Below, one piece after another: positions 18,507-26,170 of a DNA stretch of 33,308 nt. The number at the start of each line of letters is the position of its first letter. The first letter of the stretch is position 1. The notes under the pieces are model-generated. The model did no database searches. It was not told the DNA's origin and was given only the letters and a program-made list of their open reading frames with translations. Both the position numbers and the translations under genes were made by a program. The DNA is from Acidimicrobiia bacterium (GTDB taxonomy: Bacteria > Actinomycetota > Acidimicrobiia > Spongiisociales > JAHEDJ01). The stretch spans positions 1-33,308 of the forward strand of contig JARGFH010000041.1 of the NCBI GenBank assembly GCA_029210695.1, read 5' to 3'.

Positions 18507-19336
18507 AGGTGCCTCACCATATTGCCCTCGTAGCGGACGAAGGCGAACACCCCGACAACGCCCATCACCACGGCCCACAACGCCGCCACAATGAGCATTT
18601 CCGGCTCGAATTCCCGACCCATGAGTGCGGTCCGATAGCAGACGATCACCGAGTACATCGGGTTCAAACGAAGCGCCCATTGGAACCACTCGGGTTTGTC
18701 GGCCACGAAACTCATCGGCCAGATGATCGGCGAGAGGTACATCCACAGGCGGTTCAGGTGTGGGATCAGGTTGTTGATGTCACGAAACGGGACGGCAAGC
18801 CGAGCGGTGAGCGCAGCAAGTCCCAGATTGAAGACGGTCTGCAATACGACGACCACCGGGAGCAGGAATACCCACATGGTCGGGTGGACACCATCGACCG
18901 GCCAGACGATCACGTAGAAGATCAGCAACGACGAAAGGAACCCGTAGAGGGCTTCCGCCAGGCCCGAGATCGGAAGGATCAAGCGTGGGAACCGGACGTT
19001 GATCAGGAGCTTGGAGTTCGCCAGGATGCTGTTGGCGCCTCCCGTCATCGACATGGTCATGAAGTTGAAGGCGAACATGCCGGAGAGGAGATAGGCGAGG
19101 TACTGCTCCTCACCTTGTCTGGCGTTGAAGATGAATCCGAAGACCAGGAAGTAGACCCCGGCCATGATGAGGGGATTCAAGACCCACCACGCCAGGCCGA
19201 GGGCGGTGGAGGCGTTCCGTGCTTTCAGGTTGCCGGAAGCGAGGAACCAGGCGAACTCACGCCGCGACCACAAGTCGCGGAGGTAGGACCTCCATCCCGC
19301 TAATCCGGGTCGATCCGAAGAAGTGACAGTCGCCAT
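18503..19336 (-). CDS. wzm: Polysaccharide ABC-2 exporter permease (Wzm/TagG-like)
   Basis: LGLAWWVLNPL, FRDI, YLSPIIWP, LNPM; about 6 TM segments; coupled to wzt. Confidence 0.92.
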   Translation of the reverse strand: MATVTSSDRPGLAGWRSYLRDLWSRREFAWFLASGNLKARNASTALGLAWWVLNPLIMAGVYFLVFGFIFNARQGEEQYLAYLLSGMFAFNFMTMSMTGGANSILANSKLLINVRFPRLILPISGLAEALYGFLSSLLIFYVIVWPVDGVHPTMWVFLLPVVVVLQTVFNLGLAALTARLAVPFRDINNLIPHLNRLWMYLSPIIWPMSFVADKPEWFQWALRLNPMYSVIVCYRTALMGREFEPEMLIVAALWAVVMGVVGVFAFVRYEGNMVRHL

Positions 19337-19429
19337 GAATGCGCCAGTCTACGCCTGCACATGGATACGGCGAGTCGGGTGGAACTCGCCTGCCCTGCTC
19401 ACCCCAGGGGGCCCCGGGTTCCTCGAGAC

Positions 19430-20956
19430 TCAGCCCGTTGGAGCGAGTGCCCGATGGAGGAAGGCGGCCATCTGACCGCGCGTCACGAGTTGCTGCGGGC
19501 AGTAGAGACCGGTGGCGCATCCCAGCGTCACCCCGGCCTCGGCGATTCGATTGATGTTGCCCTGATGCGGAGATGACCCGTCGTCGCTGAAGTAGTCCGT
19601 CCCCGTTGCCGGCAATCCGAGTGCCCGGGAAAGGAAGGAAGCCATCTGTGCACGAGTGATCGAGTTGTCCGGGCAGTACAGATCGGTTCCACAGCCGAGG
19701 GTGACCCCGGCGGCCGCCATCCGGTTGATTGCTGCCTGGTGCACGGAGCCATTGTCATCCGTGAAGAAGTCCGACGAGGTCGCCTTGAACGAGAGGGCCC
19801 GATCGAGGAACGTGGCCATCTGTGCACGCGTCACGGGAGCATTCGGACAGAATCGGTCGACCGCGCACCCTTGTGTGATCCCCTGGTCCGCCATCCACAG
19901 GATGTCGGTGAGGAACGGCGAGCCGAGCGCATCCGGGAAGCGGTACAACTGTTCCCTGGCAGCCACCCAGGCGTCCATGCGACCATCGAAGATCCAGCCT
20001 GCTTCCGTTGGTGCATCCCAGGCGGAGTAGCCCGACTGCACAGCCGAACTGAGCACTCCGTCGACTAGAATCCGGTAGTCGTAAGTTGTCAGCGGAACAC
20101 CTTCGGTCTTCTTGCGATTGAAGTAGATCACCCCGATGACCTGGTCCTCAGCGGGCAGGCGGGCGAACATCTCCGCAAGCCATGCCTCCTTACCGCCTGT
20201 CCCGTTGCCGACGGTGGCGGCCTGGGTAACGAGGATCGGCTTGGTGTACGAAACCGTCTCCTGCATGTCCAGCATGTGCTGAACGAACACGTCTTCGTAG
20301 TCCCTCCAGGGGTCATTGCGGTTCAACCGGCTGAAACCGATGATCTCCACGAAATCATCGCCGGGGTAGAACTGGTCGTAGGTAAAGGAACCGGACGACC
20401 ATCCGTTCATCGAGAAGACAAAGGCGACCTGATCGGCTCCGTACCCCGCCGAGCGAAAGGCGTTCCAGATTCGCAGGTAGCCGGCCTTGTAGCCGGCCGG
20501 ATCGCCGCTCCAGGGGGCGCCGGACAGGTTGGCCTCGGGTAGGGGGGCGATCAAGAGATTGTGCGATGGTGAAGCGCCTAGCCAGGCTCCAATCCCGCTA
20601 ACGAGGTTGGAGATGGCAGGGTCGTCTGCTCCCGACACCAATGCGGCGAGGTTGTCGGTCGTCAACTCCACGTACGTGGTTACTCCCAGGCCGCGGTGAG
20701 TGTCCAACTCGCGCGAATACCAATCGAGATCTGCTGCGTGAGTGTTCTGAAGCGTCCAATACGTCTGGAATAGAGCGGGAGACTTGCCGGCCTTCTCTGT
20801 GAAGATCGGAATCTGATTGCGCCAATCAGACGTAGCCATCCCAAACAGCGTCGGCCGATCAGGAGCCGTGACGGCGGACACGTGCTCGACCGCCGGCATG
20901 ATCGACGCAGCCAGAACGACGAGCAAGACGACTGAGAGCCGCTTTGTGAACTTCAT
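19430..20956 (-). CDS. Secreted protein: GH26-like TIM-barrel domain plus three Cys-containing SLH-like repeats
   Basis: Signal peptide MKFTKRLSVVLLVVLAA. PEAN, YPGDDFVEIIG, KPILV and IYFN are GH26-like. C-terminal GC-x3/4-(F/Y)CP...TR(A/G)QMAxFLxRAL occurs three times. Confidence 0.8.
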   Translation of the reverse strand: MKFTKRLSVVLLVVLAASIMPAVEHVSAVTAPDRPTLFGMATSDWRNQIPIFTEKAGKSPALFQTYWTLQNTHAADLDWYSRELDTHRGLGVTTYVELTTDNLAALVSGADDPAISNLVSGIGAWLGASPSHNLLIAPLPEANLSGAPWSGDPAGYKAGYLRIWNAFRSAGYGADQVAFVFSMNGWSSGSFTYDQFYPGDDFVEIIGFSRLNRNDPWRDYEDVFVQHMLDMQETVSYTKPILVTQAATVGNGTGGKEAWLAEMFARLPAEDQVIGVIYFNRKKTEGVPLTTYDYRILVDGVLSSAVQSGYSAWDAPTEAGWIFDGRMDAWVAAREQLYRFPDALGSPFLTDILWMADQGITQGCAVDRFCPNAPVTRAQMATFLDRALSFKATSSDFFTDDNGSVHQAAINRMAAAGVTLGCGTDLYCPDNSITRAQMASFLSRALGLPATGTDYFSDDGSSPHQGNINRIAEAGVTLGCATGLYCPQQLVTRGQMAAFLHRALAPTG

Positions 20957-20991
20957 GATTTTCCCCCCGGGGCGCGGTTACTCATGCCTAC

Positions 20992-21019
20992 TAATCGGCT
21001 TCCTCGGCTCCTGACTTGA
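20992..21019 (-). promoter_or_regulatory. Putative sigma28/WhiG-type promoter
   Basis: Minus strand TCAAG-N15-GCCGATTA upstream of the GH26-SLH gene. Confidence 0.45.
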
Positions 21020-21024
21020 GCCGC

Positions 21025-22962
21025 TCAAACCACTGCCTCTGCCACTGCTGCCGCGATGGCCTCCGCGGTGAAGCCGAACTGAGAGCGCAGCACGCCGGCG
21101 GGTGCCGAGGCACCGAACGAATCGATGCCGACCGTCACATCGGCATAGCGGTCCCATCCGAACGTCGACCCGGCCTCAAACGAGACGACCGGCAGACCGG
21201 TACCCAGCACACCGATCCGGTACGGGTCGTCCTGGAGGTCGAACGCCTCCCAGCACGGCATGCTCACGACCCGCGCCGATATGCCTCGTTCGGCCAATAG
21301 GCCGGCCGACTCGAGCGCCGTTGACACCTCGGAACCGGTGGCCAGAACCACGACATCGGAGCCATCCCGCAGCACATACGCACCCCGCGCCACGCCACCA
21401 GGCGGCCGATCGAGGGTCGGCACCCCTTGTCTGGTCAACACCAGTGCGGTCGGGCCGTCGTGGCGATTGAGCGCCAGTTCCCAGGCCTCCACCGTCTCTC
21501 CCGCATCGGCCGGGCGAATCACCCAGAGGTTCGGGATTGCCCGCAATGCCGCGATGTGTTCAATCGGCTGATGGGTCGGTCCATCCTCGCCGAGGAAGAT
21601 CGAATCGTGCGTGAACACAGAGATGCTGGGCGCACTCATCAGGGCACTGAGCCGGATGGCCGGTCGCATGTAATCGCTGAAGACCAGGAACGTCGAACCG
21701 TAGGCCCGGAGCCCTCCGTGGATCGCCAGGCCGTTGACGATGGCGGCCATACCGTGCTCCCGGATACCGAAGTGGATGTTGCGTCCGGTTCGGTCTTCCC
21801 GGCTGAATGACCCCGACGTCGAAATGCGGGTGTTCGTCGAGGCTACGAGATCGGCGGCGCCGCCGATGAATCCGGGAACCCTATCGGCGATCTGGTCGAA
21901 CAGCTTGCCGCTCGCCGCCCGCGTCGCCAGGGAGCCGCCCGGCTCGAAATCGGGGCTCTCGAGGGCGACGGGACTCGAGCCGAATTGCATTTGCCACCGT
22001 GCCGCTACTTCGGCGTCTGCCTCCAGGGCGGCTGCCGATCGGTCGCGCCAGGCGGTGTGGACGTTGCGGCCCCGGTCCATTGCCGATGCGAAGAACGCGT
22101 AGACCTCCTCCGGCACGTAGAACGATTCGCCGACCGGCCAGCCCATCGCTTCCTTCGTCGCCCGGATCTCGGCCTCACCCAGCGGAGAGCCATGCGATTT
22201 CGAGGTGTCCTGCATCGTCGGCGCGCCGTGGGCGATATGGGTGTGAGCAACGATGAGACTCGGGCGGTCGGCCGCCGCCAGCGCCTCACGCGTTGCCTCC
22301 TCGATGGCCCTATGGTCGTGTCCGTCGATCTCCAGGGTATGCCAGCCGACCGCCGCGAACCTGGCGGGTACATCCTCCGTGAACGTGATGTCGGTGGAGC
22401 CGTCGATCGAGATGTCGTTGTCGTCGTAGAAGTAGGTGAGTTTGCCGAGGCCCAGATGCCCCGCGATAGATGCCGTCTCCGCAGAGATGCCCTCCATGAG
22501 ATCGCCGTCAGACACGAAGGCAAAGGTCCGGTGGTTGACGAGCGGTTCGCCAAACGTCGCCCGAAGATGCTCCTCGGCGATGGCCAGTCCGACCGCAGTG
22601 CCGAAACCCTGGCCGAGAGGCCCGGTGGTCGTCTCGATCCCGAGTTCCGGGTCTCGTTCAGGATGCCCAGGCGTCTTCGAACCGAACTGCCGGAAGCTCT
22701 TGAGGTCATCCAACGACAAAGCGAACCCGGAGAGATGGAGGAGCGAGTAGAGGAGCATGGATCCATGCCCGTTGGACAGCACGAACCGGTCCCGGTCGAT
22801 CCAGGTCGGATCGTCCGGGTCGACCACCAGGAACTTCGACCAGAGCACCACCGCCAGGTCGGCCATACCCATCGGCATGCCCGGGTGTCCGGAATTGGCC
22901 TTCTGGACTGCATCCATGGCCAGTCCCTTGATCGTATTCACAGCAAATTGCTCGATCGACAC
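21025..22962 (-). CDS. tkt: Transketolase
   Basis: SGHPGMPMG, RDRFVLSNGHGS, TTGPLGQG, SDGDLMEG, FGIREHGM, THDSIFLGEDGPTHQPIE; SD GAGAGGA. Confidence 0.97.
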   Translation of the reverse strand: MSIEQFAVNTIKGLAMDAVQKANSGHPGMPMGMADLAVVLWSKFLVVDPDDPTWIDRDRFVLSNGHGSMLLYSLLHLSGFALSLDDLKSFRQFGSKTPGHPERDPELGIETTTGPLGQGFGTAVGLAIAEEHLRATFGEPLVNHRTFAFVSDGDLMEGISAETASIAGHLGLGKLTYFYDDNDISIDGSTDITFTEDVPARFAAVGWHTLEIDGHDHRAIEEATREALAAADRPSLIVAHTHIAHGAPTMQDTSKSHGSPLGEAEIRATKEAMGWPVGESFYVPEEVYAFFASAMDRGRNVHTAWRDRSAAALEADAEVAARWQMQFGSSPVALESPDFEPGGSLATRAASGKLFDQIADRVPGFIGGAADLVASTNTRISTSGSFSREDRTGRNIHFGIREHGMAAIVNGLAIHGGLRAYGSTFLVFSDYMRPAIRLSALMSAPSISVFTHDSIFLGEDGPTHQPIEHIAALRAIPNLWVIRPADAGETVEAWELALNRHDGPTALVLTRQGVPTLDRPPGGVARGAYVLRDGSDVVVLATGSEVSTALESAGLLAERGISARVVSMPCWEAFDLQDDPYRIGVLGTGLPVVSFEAGSTFGWDRYADVTVGIDSFGASAPAGVLRSQFGFTAEAIAAAVAEAVV

Positions 22963-23026
22963 GTGGGTTCCTCTCGAGATCGACAGAAAGAGATTAGGGC
23001 AGGATCGCTAGGACGAGATCCGGGTG

Positions 23027-24004
23027 CTACCAGCCAAGCCCGCGCACGAGGAAAGAGGCCATCTGAGCCCTGGTCACCAAACCGTTCGGACAATACTGAC
23101 CATCGGAGTAGCCGGTCGTGATCCCGGCTGCCGCCAGCGCATTGATCTCGTTCTCAAACCGGTTGCCGTCGTCGTCTGAGAAGTAGTCGGTGGTTGTGGC
23201 AGGCAGGTCGAGCGCCCGGACCAGGAACGCCGCCATCTGACCGCGCGTCAGCGGATCGTTGGGGCAATACTCACCGGGAGCGCATCCCGACGTGATCGAG
23301 GCGGCCGCGATCGCATCGATGTCGTCTTCAAAGAAACTGGCGTCGTCGTCCGAGAAGAAATCCACCGTTGCAGCAGGCAGATCGAGCGCCCGGGCCAGGA
23401 ACGCCGCCATCTGACCGCGGGTCAGCAGATCTTCCGGGCAGAACTGACCGTCGGCGCACCCACCGCTGACTCCCCGGTCATACAGAATGATGATGTTCTC
23501 TTCGTGAACCGACCCGTCGTCATCCCAGAATGGGGGCAATCCGGCCAGGGGGTCGGGATGGCTGTAGAACACCTCGGTGGCCCAGACATAGCCCGACGAG
23601 ACGAGCACTCCCACTGCCACCCTGGTTGAATCCGGGTTGAGGATATTGGCTCGATGACCCGGTGAATCCATGAAAGCCTGGTGGAGCCGGCCGCAATCAG
23701 CGGCGTACCCGACGTTCTCTCCCCAACTGGTCCATCCGTCCGGCAACACCGGGTTCAGCTCAGCAGGTGTCGAGTGGAACAACCCGCCTGCTGCCAGCAT
23801 CGCAGCAGAATGGTCCCGGGCGTACGCCACTAGCTGGCTATCGAGCTCCACCGGGTTGGCGCCCTGGGCCACTCGATCAGCATTGATGGCGTCCACGAAG
23901 CATGCTTCGACATCAACAACAGAGGCGGCGGAGGCGGGTGCAACTATCCAGACCTGGAACAGGATGGCAAATACCAGTGAGATGGACAGACGTTTATGAG
24001 TCAT
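23027..24004 (-). CDS. Secreted CAP/SCP-domain protein with three SLH-like repeats
   Basis: Signal peptide ending APASA. ARDHSAAM, GENVG and FMDSPGHRANIL are CAP motifs. Three CP...TR(G/A)QMAxFL repeats. Confidence 0.88.
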   Translation of the reverse strand: MTHKRLSISLVFAILFQVWIVAPASAASVVDVEACFVDAINADRVAQGANPVELDSQLVAYARDHSAAMLAAGGLFHSTPAELNPVLPDGWTSWGENVGYAADCGRLHQAFMDSPGHRANILNPDSTRVAVGVLVSSGYVWATEVFYSHPDPLAGLPPFWDDDGSVHEENIIILYDRGVSGGCADGQFCPEDLLTRGQMAAFLARALDLPAATVDFFSDDDASFFEDDIDAIAAASITSGCAPGEYCPNDPLTRGQMAAFLVRALDLPATTTDYFSDDDGNRFENEINALAAAGITTGYSDGQYCPNGLVTRAQMASFLVRGLGW

Positions 24005-24032
24005 TGACCAGCGCAGCCTCGACTACTCCGGG

Positions 24033-24059
24033 TTATCGGCACCTCAAGAAAAACCTAAA
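24033..24059 (-). promoter_or_regulatory. Putative sigma28/WhiG-type promoter
   Basis: Minus strand TTTAG-N14-GCCGATAA (perfect sigma28 -10, weak -35) upstream of the CAP-SLH gene. Confidence 0.4.
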
Positions 24060-24152
24060 GGGCCTCAAAGGATGAATCTGCCTGGAATCGAGTCGAACTC
24101 GCTCAAGGGGAGCAATCCGGAGCTTGCGCAACCTCGGGACAAGCCGGTTCGG

Positions 24153-25022
24153 TCAGCGTCGGGAGCGCAGCAGCTTCCTGACTCGAAGGAGCGGGCGTAC
24201 GACGGGATGGCCGGCGAGTCGTTCGTAAGCTGTCTGCCACTTGGCGGCAGCCTGCTCGGCTGCTTCGACCTGTTGTCGACTTCGATCGAGGATGAGCTGA
24301 ACGTCGAGTTCGGACGCGTCTGAGCCGCTCCGCTGGAGTGTTCGGCCTACCCACAGTTCCTCGTTCGGGTCGACACCGAATCGGGTAACGGCCTCTGAGG
24401 TCAACAGATCGGTCGGACGGATGGCGGCCAGTCGCAGACCGTGGCGCTCGGCCCGAGCCTCGAAGTCGTTGCCGTAGTAGCGAACATGATCGGCCTGACC
24501 AAAGAGCCGGGTGCGCGTCGCTTCGTCGGCATCCAGGTCTTCGATCGTGGGATGCCCCCGGCGGCGTGGAACTTGGATGAAGGCAACGCCTCCTGCCGAC
24601 AGGACTCGAGCCATCTCCTCCAGAGCTGTCAGATCGTTGGGGATGTGCTCGAGGACCTGGTAGCAGATGATGACGTCGAAGGTGCCGTCGCGAAACGGGA
24701 GCATGGTGGCATCAGCCTGGATATCGATCGGCAGTTTGGACTCGAGGTCCAGCCCGACGTAGCGGATTCCGGCTGACTCCAGGTACCGGCGAATCTGAGG
24801 CTGCGGAGCGATCTCGAGGACCCCATTGACGGTGCCAAGCACCGGTCGGATCCGCTCGAGCAGCGCCACCAAGACCCGGTGCCGTTCCAGTGAGTCGCAC
24901 GTCGGGCAACGGGCGTTGGGGCGCCCGCCTGGTCCCTCGCCAAATGAGTCTGCGCTCGTTCCGCAGGCAGGGCAATGAAACCCGCTTTGATCTACCGCCC
25001 TCGGCACCTGCCCCTCAGTCAT
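24153..25022 (-). CDS. Class I SAM-dependent methyltransferase with N-terminal CxxC-CxxC motif and C-terminal coiled coil
   Basis: CPAC...CPTCDSLERHR, LEIAP, LPFRDGTFDVIICYQVLEH, FGQADHVRYYG. Confidence 0.87.
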   Translation of the reverse strand: MTEGQVPRAVDQSGFHCPACGTSADSFGEGPGGRPNARCPTCDSLERHRVLVALLERIRPVLGTVNGVLEIAPQPQIRRYLESAGIRYVGLDLESKLPIDIQADATMLPFRDGTFDVIICYQVLEHIPNDLTALEEMARVLSAGGVAFIQVPRRRGHPTIEDLDADEATRTRLFGQADHVRYYGNDFEARAERHGLRLAAIRPTDLLTSEAVTRFGVDPNEELWVGRTLQRSGSDASELDVQLILDRSRQQVEAAEQAAAKWQTAYERLAGHPVVRPLLRVRKLLRSRR

Positions 25023-25081
25023 GAATGCAAGGAACCTTGATTCGGGACGGGTCCACCCGGCTTCTCCTCAGCACCACTCGT

Positions 25082-26170
25082 TCAACCGACCGGAGCGAGG
25101 TCGAGTTCTGAACGATTGAGCCGGTCAACGCCATCGTTTGTTACCACCACGATGTCCTCGAGGCGTACCCCGAATTGGCCGGGAAGGTAAATCCCCGGCT
25201 CGATAGAGAAAGACATTCCCGGCTCGAGCAAGAGGCCGTTTCCTTCGACGATGTAGGGGTGTTCATGTACCTCGAGGCCGATGCCGTGCCCGGTCCGATG
25301 AATGAAGTACTCAGAGAAGCCTGCATCAGCGATGACCGCACGGGCTGCTGCATCGATCGACCCGGCGGTCACACCGGGCCGAACGGCCTCAACCGCGGCG
25401 CGGTGCGCCGCTCGAACCGCCTGGAAAACGGCGAGGTAGCCATCCGGCGGGGCACCGACCACGAAGTTCCGGGTCGTGTCCGAGTAGTAACGGTCGAAAC
25501 GCCCCCCGAAATCAACTACCACTGCATCGCCGGCTTCGATGATTCGCTCACCCGACTCATGATGCGGTGAGGCTCCGTTCGGACCGGAGGCCACGATCCC
25601 GAACTCGGCCACCTGATGGCCTTCTTCGACCGTCATCTCGGCGATCATCCGCGCCATCTCACGCTCGGTGCGTCCGGCGAATGGCGTCTCCCGAAGGCGG
25701 GCCACTACCCGATCGGCGGCTTGTCCGGCCCGCCGGAGCGCGTCGATTTCGGCCGTGTCTTTCCGCATTCTCTGTTCACGAGTTGTTTCGGACGCTCTGC
25801 CGAGCAACAACCCGGGCAGTCGCTCCTGGAGGCCGAGCACGAACGTCGCCCAGGTGTGGTCGCCGATCAGCCCGTGTCGCCAAGCGGAGATCGCATCGGA
25901 GACGAGCGCGACCGGATCCTCGCGTTCCGACCAGGGTCGGATTTCGAACAGGTCGCCGTGGCGCTCAACGCGCGACGCTTCGAGTTCCGGAACGAATAGC
26001 ACCGGGTCCCCATCCGCGGGAAGGACAAGCATCGTGAGTCGCTCGGTCTGCATTGCCTCGTAACCGGTGAAGTACGGAAGGTCTGCGCCCACCGACAGAA
26101 GGAGCCCGTCGAGGTTGCGCTCGATCATCAGCGATCGTGCACGATCGACCCGATCGGCGAAGGGATTCAT
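25082..26170 (-). CDS. M24-family Xaa-Pro peptidase
   Basis: DFGG, SDTTR, HRTGHGIGLEVHE, SIEPGIY and GVRLED metal-binding motifs; ATGA-coupled to lipB-lipA. Confidence 0.93.
   Translation of the reverse strand: MNPFADRVDRARSLMIERNLDGLLLSVGADLPYFTGYEAMQTERLTMLVLPADGDPVLFVPELEASRVERHGDLFEIRPWSEREDPVALVSDAISAWRHGLIGDHTWATFVLGLQERLPGLLLGRASETTREQRMRKDTAEIDALRRAGQAADRVVARLRETPFAGRTEREMARMIAEMTVEEGHQVAEFGIVASGPNGASPHHESGERIIEAGDAVVVDFGGRFDRYYSDTTRNFVVGAPPDGYLAVFQAVRAAHRAAVEAVRPGVTAGSIDAAARAVIADAGFSEYFIHRTGHGIGLEVHEHPYIVEGNGLLLEPGMSFSIEPGIYLPGQFGVRLEDIVVVTNDGVDRLNRSELDLAPVG

Noticed and set aside
21985..23121. Long antisense or alternative-frame ORFs (e.g. 734-1609, 21985-23121, 27957-28829, 30236-31210, 31459-32523)
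   Set aside because: Shadow ORFs expected in high-GC DNA opposite well-supported genes, with no recognisable motifs.
23030..23530. DNA-level direct repeats inside the CAP-SLH gene (and 19440-19940)
   Set aside because: Explained by the three SLH-like protein repeats.
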